Shown in pieces: positions 43,534-53,439 of a DNA stretch of 64,000 bases. The notes under the pieces were generated by a model. That model ran no database searches and was not told the origin of the DNA. It saw only the letters and a program-made list of their open reading frames with translations. The stretch lies in the IMG/VR virus record IMGVR_UViG_3300007511_000008; one strand, given 5' to 3'. Source of the DNA: a virus. Its lineage: Duplodnaviria; Heunggongvirae; Uroviricota; Caudoviricetes. Numbering within the stretch: position 1 is the stretch's first letter; each line of letters begins with the position of its first letter. The position numbers and the translations under genes were made by a program.

Positions 43534-44769
43534 TTACCCACTCAACTTCACAATACTCGAAAGCGCTATTCCTGATTCGAGTGATGCAATCCAATCCGCC
43601 GTTGGCACCCCGGTTATTGGGGGCGCGCCAGGTGGTACCGGTGCGGGGGGCATATGTACATGTGCGGCCAACATACCCATCAACACCTTCCCAAGGACCG
43701 CGCTCTCAAGCGCCACATTACTGCCCAAGTTTATAGTCCCCGAGTCTATCGTGCAACTCCCTGTCCCAGAGGACAGAGATATACCGGACAGGGCCTCTAC
43801 AACAAGTTCTTGCACTGTAGCCTTCAAAGAACCGTCAGATTCTCCTGTCAGTTTCCCGGCAGAACCAAACTCCACCACGAACCCGTTCTCGGCGTAGACG
43901 TGACCCGTATCCATCTCCCAATGCATATCCCCGGTAACCTTTGTAAAGACGTTACCAAGAGTATCTACCTGGAAAGTGTAGGTACACCCAGTGTTCTCAG
44001 GATCAACGCAAATGGAGATAAGTGTTGTCTCCTGCGTATTCCCCGGATAGGACCCGGAACCAAACTTGTATGCCTTGTCTCGAGTAGAGCCGAATAACTC
44101 ATCTTGGCTCGGCGAGAACTGGTCATCCCCGGCACGGCCGGCACGTACTTTGATAGTTACATGCTGGTCCTCAACATCTTTTTTCATACCCCAGTAGAGC
44201 TGGGCAGCAGTTTTATCATCACCGGTTTGGATAGTTCCATGCTTCCAAAAAAGAGTGCCAAGCAAGGATTTGGCCTCATAGTTCTGGAAGAAGTGCCGGA
44301 TGAAGTTATCGATAGGGATGTAAAGAGTCTGCGCAAGGGGAGAACTTCCGATCTGCAGGGTACCACCTTTACGCAGTAGGACTGTAGCGCCCCGCGAGTT
44401 GTAGAGGGCGATGTCCCCAGGAGCCAGGCCCATCCTCCCACCAAGGAAATCATCGTCCGGTTCTGCTGCGTCATCCTCTGAGAAGGCTCCATGGAGGGGG
44501 GCACTCAACCACCCCATTACAACAGGGTCGGATCCATCGGACATGAGGTAGACGAAACACTTAGACCCTACCTCCGGGACAAAGTCGATATGGGTCCCAG
44601 TTACCACATTGGTGTACAGGGTGCCGTACGGAACGTTGCTGTAGATATCAGACTCCCCGGAAAGGTCGACCTCGACATCTACTGTGCGGGTACCTGGGTA
44701 TACCTGCACGATGGTACCGAGTACTACTGCTGCTGATGTTGTTCCACTCTGCTGAGGACCGCTTACCAT
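43534..44769 (-). CDS. Hypothetical virion protein (411 aa) with a beta-rich N-terminal half and a Gly/Ser-rich C-terminal half. Tail/baseplate-like.
   Basis: Composition and position only. 'GSGSYPGNTQETTLISICVDPENTG...' and a C-terminal 'PPAPVPPGAPPITGVP' stretch are present. Confidence 0.45.
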   Translation of the reverse strand: MVSGPQQSGTTSAAVVLGTIVQVYPGTRTVDVEVDLSGESDIYSNVPYGTLYTNVVTGTHIDFVPEVGSKCFVYLMSDGSDPVVMGWLSAPLHGAFSEDDAAEPDDDFLGGRMGLAPGDIALYNSRGATVLLRKGGTLQIGSSPLAQTLYIPIDNFIRHFFQNYEAKSLLGTLFWKHGTIQTGDDKTAAQLYWGMKKDVEDQHVTIKVRAGRAGDDQFSPSQDELFGSTRDKAYKFGSGSYPGNTQETTLISICVDPENTGCTYTFQVDTLGNVFTKVTGDMHWEMDTGHVYAENGFVVEFGSAGKLTGESDGSLKATVQELVVEALSGISLSSGTGSCTIDSGTINLGSNVALESAVLGKVLMGMLAAHVHMPPAPVPPGAPPITGVPTADWIASLESGIALSSIVKLSG

Positions 44770-44790
44770 AGAAAAATCCCATTTAGATAT

Positions 44791-47700
44791 TTAGTATGTT
44801 CCCTTCTCTCCCTTCCCAAATTCTGCTCCGTAAACTATCCCGGGAATCGGATGTTCCCCATGGAGATGTGATATCCCCTGCTGGGATCCGGCCTGCTTCA
44901 GCACATCCCGCAAATGCTTATAATTGAGCTGCGTCAGCCAATCATCATGCAAATGGAAGGGCAAGATGTTTGTGCCTCGCAAAACAGGGGTATACTTGAC
45001 AGTGTCCTTTTTCCCATTTTCAGAGTTCCAGGATTGGATCGCTCGGACAGGCACAATATCTCCGGGAAGATAATCTGGGTGATCCCCCGACTCCCGAACT
45101 TCCGCGACATCTGTTAGCGCCCGGACAATTACCTCGAGGTGCCTGTGGCGAATCTTCTCCGGGTCGTACAGCTTTCCGAGCTCATCTACCAGGTAGTTTT
45201 GTACTGTTGATACATTCGTAAGCCCAAGAAGTTCGCGGGGGTTGATGGGCCCACTGCTGAGTGCCCCACCCTTGGGAATGCGGGTTCCCTTAGTAACCTT
45301 AAGCTTACGGCTCGCAGGTACATGGTGCTGCTCAGAGCCTACCTTAACATCCCAACCCCCAACGGGGCTCTTGGAGATGGAATTGACTACCCCGGCATTC
45401 TTGCTGAGGATAGCGGAACCCTTCAGCTTTTGGGGCATTTGTAGCACCTGCTTCAACCGCTCTATTCCATCCACAAGACCAGCGCCACCAGTGGCTGCGC
45501 CGCCGGTGTGAAAAACGCGCATCGCAAGCTGCGTGGCCGGCTCTCCGATGGATTGTGATGCGATGACCCCTACGTTCTCTCCTATGGGTGCGGGGTTGCC
45601 GGAAGGGTCGAGCCCGTAGCATTTCTGGCATAGGCCCTTCTTAGCCTGGCACTTCAAGGGGCTGCGAACGAGAATCTTAGAGACCTTTGCCTGCCGTAAC
45701 TTAGCTACTGTGTCGGGGGTAATCGTCGAGCCTGCCCGGAGAGTCTCGCCCCGCACCTTGACGTTGTTCGCCAAAGTACGATCCAACACAGAAAGATCTG
45801 TTACAGGGACATGCATGCCTTTAGAGGTCTTGCAGTCATTCTCAGTAAGCGTAATACCCATGGTGGTCTTGACTACCTGCTTGGTAATTGCCCCCGGGTC
45901 CTGAACCTCCTGCGTCTTGGAAATGATACCCCGGCGAATACCTCCAGAAGACAGCCAGTAATCATGAAGGGAGAGCCCGGAGCCGTAGCTCCCAGTAATT
46001 GCGGCTGGGATCGGCTTCCCTGCTGCATCGCTTACCATCATACGCGCCAAGACGATCTGTTTGATCTGCTCCCAGTTTGGCTTCACCCCTGCCCGAGACA
46101 TTATCCAAAGAGGATTATCGTCTTTCTCAAGAGAGGCAAGGGCTTCCTTCTGCATCTTCGCAGAGGCCTTTGTGTACAGGTCTACGATCTTCGCATCCCG
46201 TTCAGCCCGCGGCAATTTCGCCTGCTTCTTTATGGCGGCAACCTTAGGCTCTACTTCCTTCAAAGTCTTATCGCGAATCTTATCGAGCACCTTAAAGGCA
46301 TCAAGATTGAAGGAGAACCCAATTTTGTGGGCATGGCCGAAGCCGAGGTCCTTCAGCGTCTGCGCAAACTGCGGGTACTCTTGCGGAGTCTTCTGTGCCA
46401 CATCTTTCAAGATAGCCCGCAGAGACTGCTTGTGGAACGCCCACTCTTTCCCAGTACCCAGGTGCTTGTGTAATTTCGCGGGTATCTTCTTTTTAAGTAG
46501 CTCACGACCCGCAGTAGTTGCTGTACCCCCTACCTTCACCCCCACGTCCCAACGAACTTCCCGGTTCTCTGCTGCTTTCAACAGAGCATCAGCGGAGGCG
46601 TACTTTTTGGAAGTGGTACCTTTCATACGGCTAAGGAGATATAGCCCAACCAGGCCTTCCTTATCTGGGACAAACATTGGCTGCCCAGTAGCTGCGCTCA
46701 GGAGATTCCGGCTCGGCAACATATCATAGGCTTCCTTTACAGCTGCCTGGGATACGGGAACAAACAAAGACACCTGGTCCCCGTCAAAATCAGCATTGTA
46801 CCCACTACATACAAGCGGGTGGATGTGTATCTCTTTATCGCCTTTAATACGAACATTGAATGCCATAATCCCATACTTATGGAGGACGGGATCACGTTTC
46901 ATCAATACCGGCCGTTCCTTCAGCACGGCATCAAGGGCAATCCTCGCTTCAGGTCTTCTATTGAGAATAATGTCTTTGGCCTGAAGAGGCCGCATACCGC
47001 CCCGCACCAAATGTTGCATTACAAAAGGACGGAAAAGTTCCATAGCGGTAGCTTCCGGCATCCCTACTTCATCGAGCTGCAGTTCCTGGTCCGGGACAAT
47101 AACCCCGCGGGCAGACATATCCTGCTTCCGCTTTACCAACTGCTCCATGAAGTAGCCAGTCTTCGGAGATTTCCCTGCGATAATATCGAGGATCCCCTTT
47201 GGGATATCCAACCGCTCACGGTCCGGACCAACCAGTCCTGCTAGAGCCGTAATACCGCCATAAACCTCCGCGCGGAGTTTAGCCAACTCTTCATCAGGAG
47301 TTTCGGGAGGCATCTCCGCCAGGCGCGAGTTACTCAAGCTCAACTCTTTGTATAGCTGGTTCAGATCTCCCCGATTGAGGTTGCCATCATCCAGCACAGT
47401 AATCGGACGTAGGTTGGGCGGGAGCACAAGAACATTGCCCTGCATGTACACATCAGCGGAATTATCCGCACGCTTCAGAGCACGCAGATACTTCACTTTC
47501 CGGTTGAGCTGGTTACGGTTCGAGTCTTTAGCTCCCTCAAGACTCTTCTCAGCCTTCCGCAATTCAGTGGGGATATCCAACTCCTTAAGGGCTCGGCCAA
47601 GCGTAGCTCGAGGCCCAATACGAGTAGCCTCCTCTGCGGGGACCACATTACCATCCTTATCCATCCCCAATTCACCGGAGACAAGCTTACTGAAGGTGTC

Positions 47701-50700
47701 GTGTTTCAGTCCCAGAAGCGCCATAATCGGCCGCTCAAACAATGGGTTGGGGAAAGCTTCCGCAAGCGCAAAATGGGAGAAGTGCTTTCCTCCTACACCA
47801 CCGGTAATCTTCTCATCGAAGAGACCACCAGCCTCAGGGCGTAGGTCTTTTGCACGTAGGATTTTTCCGGGGTCTTTCAACTCTCCATTGGAGAGCTGTT
47901 TTACCTGCTTATCCGTAAAGGGAAGAACGGTGAGGACATCACCTTCACGCTCAACATCCAATCCAAGAACCTTGAGGTAGGCCAAGAACTTTTCGAACGC
48001 AAAAGGTACCTGCGGGCGAGGAAGGGGGTGGCCAAGTTGCACAGCTGTCCAAATATCATCCTGAGATTGGTCAGATTTGATAGTCTGCATCTCACGGATG
48101 TTATTCACTGCCCCATGCGCCAGCATCGCAAAAAGCCCCAACTCACCTACACGTTGTGCCCCATGCTTACCACCACCCTTGGGCTCCATATTAATGGTAT
48201 ATTCGTACCCTGGCCCCCAAGAACGAGCGGCTGCTTTCTTCTCTGCCTGATGGTTCAACTTGATGATATACTGGTGGCCAACAAGCTGCTTCCCGAGCGC
48301 TTTCCCATTATCATCGAAAAGCTCAGCTTCCTCTGAAAGACCGCGAGCATCCAACATATCATCAACAATGGAACGATAATCCCTCTCATACTCATAGGGC
48401 TCAATCCAAACTTTCTTCGTGCCCTTAGCGGAAGTCTTCACTGTACGCCAGTGACCCTTAACCTTAATAATGCGCGTAGACCGGTCCGCCTGGAAGTTCC
48501 GTACTGCAAGAGGAGATCCCTCGTGGATAGCGACATGCGAAAGGGAAGTTTCAAGCACCTGCCCGGCATTCATACGGCCGGGGACACCTAAGGGGTTCAT
48601 AACAATATCGACGGCGTTGCCTTCTTTATCCCGGGGCATCTCATCATCAGGCAACACAAGGGCAACGACACCTTTGTTCCCATGGCGACCCGCCAACTTG
48701 TCCCCAGGCTGTGCCGGGAAATCTGCTCGTACGTGGACCTCGATGTACTTCCCACGACGAACAACGTCCACCACCTCACCGCGTACACCCTTGTCCCACA
48801 CAACCGAGCGGTCTGTATACTCCCGAACAAGACTTCGGTGAATGCCCTTCATCAGAGCTTTCTCAGGTGTCATCGGGGCCTTCTTAGCTGCAGCTACAAC
48901 AGTATCTCCAGGCTCAACCACTTCCCCGACCTTGATAACACCGTCGTCATCGAGCTTTCCGCGATTCTCTGTACTCATCGCTTCTGGGAAAAGGGTAGTG
49001 AACTTCTTCTTATTGAGTACGTAATCGCGGTCCATAAAAATGGAAGGCTTGTGCATGTGAACAGAAGTCAACTTCTTAGAAGCCGACTCAGAAATCAACA
49101 AGCCATCTTCAAAAACAAGGCCCTTGTACGGCAGGTAACCCACCCGCAAGTTAGTACCAAGAGCCAGTGTACCGTCCTTAGTGAAGTTAGTATCGGCGAT
49201 TATCTCACCAGTCTTGACCGTGTCCCCAACAGCTACGGCCGGTTCAGAGCTCAGGTAGGCTTGCAGCTCATTCAGGGGGAAATTGTCATAGAGCTGTACT
49301 GTGTGCCGTTTTCCATCTTTCCCTGTAACCGTAATCCCGTCTTTCGTGATACGAGTTACCTTGCCGCTTACAGGAGAGGAGTGTGCGGCAAACGCCGCCC
49401 ATGCTCTCTCATGGGTCCTCCCCGGCTCATCAAGAGATCGGCTGTGCGTTTGGATAAGCGGAGGCTCACGGTTCTTCAGGGGAAGCGCCTGCTCCATATG
49501 CCGGACTGCCATCTCCACTCGAGTACCATCATCGTTCTGTAGGAAAGGAACCAGATTGGTCATAGGGGAGAACATCGTAGTTGCCGAGGGCAATACGTAG
49601 TCTACCTTTGCCGGGTCCACTACAGCCTTCAAATCTTCAGGGGTCTGCGCAGAGACCTTCTTAGTTACTGGAACCCAACCACCTTTCTCTTTGCGGTATT
49701 GGTCCGGAAAAGATACCACTGCCTGCGCAAGCTGAAGCGGGGTAACCAGCTCGAGTTTCTTTGTTTTCGTGTTGTACGCGGGGATAGTTACCGCCCCATC
49801 CTTTCTACGGGCATCAGTAGTTAGCTTGAGAGAAATGCCTGCGCGATCCCCTTCAGGGGTATGTACTGGATCAAGGACACCGAGCTGTGTGGGATCTGCT
49901 GCCTTGGCATCAGCGGTAACACCGAAGGCAGAGCCGATGGCCCCAACATCTGCGCCAAGCAACGTAGTTCCCAGGTACCGTGACAACATAGATACCGGGT
50001 TCGTTTGGGGAGTTTGGTTGGCAACAGAGGATTCCCGGAAGAATGAAAGGAGTGGGCCGGAGAAAATATCTGATGCGAATATTTCTCTAACCTTGTCCTT
50101 CCGATCCAGGTTATTCTTCATTTTCCGGGCTACTCTATTTCGCGCGCGGTCCAACCGATCCGGCAACAAGTCCTCTATCCCTAAGAGGTCCTTGAAGGGC
50201 AGCGCATCCCGATTATCTGGTTCTCGCTTACCCTGGTGTATCTCCAGAAGATTGGTAGAAGCCTTTAGAAGAGGTTCTGCGTTTACTGTGGCATACGGCT
50301 TCCCCAAAGTAAGTGCTGTAGAGTCGGGACGAAGTTCTGTATCCGCAAAGCGGCTTCTTACCGCGTCTATCACCCCGGCCTCTGTTGCGGGCACCGGGTC
50401 CTTTAAAGAAGTAAGGAGTTTGCGTAAAGCAGCCTGCTTATCGCGGGGAGAAGTCTTTGCGGCGTTGAAGAGGTCTTTCCCCCAGGCCTTCTCCATAGCG
50501 CCGTCGGAAACCCCAAGGGCAGAGAGTACCGGGTAAAGGGGTACCTTAGCCGATGCATACTTAAAGGAAAAGTTCTTCTTGTTGGGATCCAGGATCAGGC
50601 GAAAACCACGTTGGTTAAATCCCTTCTTCAAGTTGAACATAATCTCGGGTTCTCCCGTAGCAGCAATACGAGAGTAAACGCCCGACTTCAGTCTCCAGAC

Positions 50701-51075
50701 GTGATCGGTCTGGTACTCCTTGCCATCAATGATAAAGCTGTAACGGCGGGTAAGAGTGGGGAGGCCCACTATCTTTGCCTTTGGTACCCGATCGATAGTT
50801 TTCCCAGTAGCCTTATCTACAAGAGAAAAATCCCCGTGCACGCCAACAGACCAGGTACGCCCGTTACGCCTTGCCGTTTCCTGGCTTTTGATGTCGTCAA
50901 CCGACTTGGGGTCGGAGACCAATACACTGTTTAGCTTCAAGACGTGTTTCTTGCCTACAAGCGGGAAGAAGCTCTTTATCTTGTCGGCTACTTTCTGCTG
51001 AAGGTTATCAGTAAGAGTCTGCGGATTAAGGACAAGCATTTTTTTCGCACCCCATGACGGCACTTTCCGCTCCAT
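44791..51075 (-). CDS. Single-polypeptide multisubunit-type RNA polymerase: an N-terminal beta-like (RpoB) moiety fused to a C-terminal beta'-like (RpoC) moiety, 2094 aa. Probable virion-packaged RNAP given its position.
   Basis: Beta motifs: '[47 protein letters not shown]' matches E. coli beta '[43 protein letters not shown]'. '[37 protein letters not shown]' matches '[32 protein letters not shown]'. Beta' motifs: the catalytic '[15 protein letters not shown]' matches [14 protein letters not shown]. '[44 protein letters not shown]' matches the beta' 'CxxCYGxDL...[28 protein letters not shown]' region. Confidence 0.85.
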   Translation of the reverse strand: [2094 protein letters not shown]

Positions 51076-51465
51076 GATATTGGATGGGGGGTAGTAGCGT
51101 CAACCTCTTTACTCTAACTGGTATAAGGGAAATGTAAGGAGCGGATACCCCGCATACTCTAACACGGAGGAAGGAGCATGAGATGGTAGACAGCCACGAC
51201 GGAGGGACAACCTCCCTCGACCACTTCGCCGACGGATTGGCCGTTGACGAAGACGAAGACCTTGGAGATTGGGTTGACGAAGAGGACGACGAGTAACACC
51301 CAATGGCGCTGGGGCTATTCCTCGCCGGCCATTTCCTGATTGGTGTCGGTGTAGAACTAATCTATGAGGCGAAAGATCTCCTCGTAGAAAAAGCCCTATG
51401 AAGGACCGAAAGCAAATACAACTGAAGGGTGTCCCTTCGTAAAAGGTACTTCGTGCGAAAATGTT

Positions 51466-51495
51466 GGGGCCCGGCGCATAGCGCGTTTGGGCCCC
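51466..51495. terminator. GC-rich structured hairpin immediately 3' of the portal-candidate stop (minus strand), inside a 425-nt intergenic region upstream of the RNAP gene. Putative terminator or RNA structure.
   Basis: GGGGCCC (51466-72) pairs with GGGCCCC (51489-95). An inner palindromic GCGC-ata-GCGC stem adds pairing. T-rich on the + side (TATTTTACTTCTT), but only a weak TTTT on the minus-strand side. Confidence 0.3.
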
Positions 51496-51499
51496 TATT

Positions 51500-53431
51500 T
51501 TACTTCTTACTTGTTAGGGGAGGGGGACCACCGCTGAATTGGTCAACCTGCATTCTATTTACTTCATCGAGAATTGCAGGGTAAAGGCTTGGAACCTGCT
51601 TCTGCAGCTTAATAAGCGCTTTCGGGCGTTGGAAGGAATCCAGAGCAAATAGGCTACGGGCAGCCTGCCTTGCCAGGAGTTCAGTCTCCGGGCCGGTAGG
51701 GGGCTGAACCTGCGGAGCTTCCGGAGCTGCTGGAGGCATAGCCATATCTTCTGGACGCGCACCTAATGCCTGCATTTGCTCAGGAGGCAGGCTACCGGGC
51801 TGCTGGGGAGCGCCCTGCGGTGCCTGTCCCGGAGGGGCCTGGCCGGGGGGCACCTGCCCTGGAGGAGGCGGAGGCATCGATTCCTGCATAGCCTTCTGCT
51901 GCTCTCCCTGATATTTAGCTGAGATAATTCCAGCCTCTCCGTTGATCTCCGCGCCGTCGGTAGCGGTCTTCTCGTTGATCTTCCGCATGATATCCAGATC
52001 GTTGAAAATCTTCTGCTGTTCCGTATTGAAGTCGAGGTCCCTGGATTCCAGCAGAGTCTCGGGGCTGATGAGCTTACGGTCGTAAAGCTGGAGGTCATAT
52101 GCGGCTTTCTGCAATTCGTCTGCCATGCGGAAGGGCTTCTGCCGCACCTCACACAGAGGAATGCCGAAAGCATTAGCAATGTCCCTAACGATGAACTTGA
52201 TCATATGGTGGACATCCTCCCTCATACGGAGGAAAGAGTTCTCCATTGTCCGCATCGAAACGCTTGACCCACTCCAGCGCAACCCGCCAAAGACAAACTC
52301 AGAGGGGACGCCGAGACCCGCGAGAATCTGCTCCTGCAGAACCTTAATCTCGTTATGGAGCAGAAGCATTTTACCTTGCCCACCAACAACCTGGTGCCCC
52401 ACCGGATACGGCATTACGGGCATGTAGTTAGGGTCCTTCCTCCAGGTAGTAATCTCAGACTTTACGTGGTCCTGCCAGTCGAGCAGGTTATACGTGGTAT
52501 AGGGATCCGCTTTCGGGTCGGAGGTCTGCGGGAAGAAGATACGCATCGGTACAATGTGCTCGAGGGCAATCGCTTCCTGCGCTTTCAGCAGAATCCTGTA
52601 GTAGAACGCGGTCTTCATTACCGGGGTAATCAGGGGGAGACCCCAGCCGGCATCATGCCTTGAAATGGATGTTCTACGCAGATGGAATATTGTTCCCGGG
52701 CGGAAAACCAGCTTCTTGCCCTTGGCAACAGCGTTGATGAACGCTTGCGGAATAGTCTGCAGGGTATCCTTCCGACCAACCAGAATAGCGTTCGAGATGG
52801 CAGGGGGGATCGTGTACACGTAGATTGTACGCCCAGTTGCGGGGTTATGCTCAATCTCCATGTAGTTCGGGTTGATCCTGAGGACTCGCAGGTCCTTCAA
52901 AGATTTGATGTACTGGTCCTGAACCTTGGCGTACCCACTGTAAGTACACTTGGGGCAGGTATACATGAACTGGTAAGAACTCCAGGTGTAGTCTGTAGAC
53001 TCTACCGGAACAGAGTGCCCACATTCCCGGCACACCAACATCTTCCGTAGTGGGTGGTGGACGTATACAAAAGAGTTCCCGTAGGTATGGTAGTCCATCA
53101 GGACCTCTACGAGGAATGCACGAATCTGGAATACTTCCTCAAAGATGTACTTGTAGGTGTCGTTTACCCACTCGTTCTCACTCAGATACGCAAGATCCGT
53201 AATGGGGTACGCCGAGAGCTTGGCTATCGCTGCATGGATAAGTGGGTCCATGACCGCGAAATACTCGCACCATTTGAATTGCGATTTTACGGTACGCGGG
53301 AGGTACAGGTTGGAGACATCCGCAAACACATTGGCGTACGGAGCGTAATCAGTGCTTCCTGCACGAGATCCGTAACCACTGAATCTCCCGCTTGAGCCCG
53401 ACGCTACATCGTATGGGTTGCTCCCAAACAT
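51500..53431 (-). CDS. Portal protein candidate (643 aa) with an internal zinc-ribbon insertion and a Pro/Gln/Ala-rich C-terminal tail.
   Basis: The size and position in the structural block support the call. 'CRECGH...CPKC' is a Cys4 insertion. The C-terminal tail is low-complexity ('PPPPPGQVPPGQAPPGQAPQGAPQQPGSLPPEQ'). The assignment is by context and architecture, not a specific motif. Confidence 0.45.
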   Translation of the reverse strand: MFGSNPYDVASGSSGRFSGYGSRAGSTDYAPYANVFADVSNLYLPRTVKSQFKWCEYFAVMDPLIHAAIAKLSAYPITDLAYLSENEWVNDTYKYIFEEVFQIRAFLVEVLMDYHTYGNSFVYVHHPLRKMLVCRECGHSVPVESTDYTWSSYQFMYTCPKCTYSGYAKVQDQYIKSLKDLRVLRINPNYMEIEHNPATGRTIYVYTIPPAISNAILVGRKDTLQTIPQAFINAVAKGKKLVFRPGTIFHLRRTSISRHDAGWGLPLITPVMKTAFYYRILLKAQEAIALEHIVPMRIFFPQTSDPKADPYTTYNLLDWQDHVKSEITTWRKDPNYMPVMPYPVGHQVVGGQGKMLLLHNEIKVLQEQILAGLGVPSEFVFGGLRWSGSSVSMRTMENSFLRMREDVHHMIKFIVRDIANAFGIPLCEVRQKPFRMADELQKAAYDLQLYDRKLISPETLLESRDLDFNTEQQKIFNDLDIMRKINEKTATDGAEINGEAGIISAKYQGEQQKAMQESMPPPPPGQVPPGQAPPGQAPQGAPQQPGSLPPEQMQALGARPEDMAMPPAAPEAPQVQPPTGPETELLARQAARSLFALDSFQRPKALIKLQKQVPSLYPAILDEVNRMQVDQFSGGPPPLTSKK

Positions 53432-53439
53432 CTACACTC

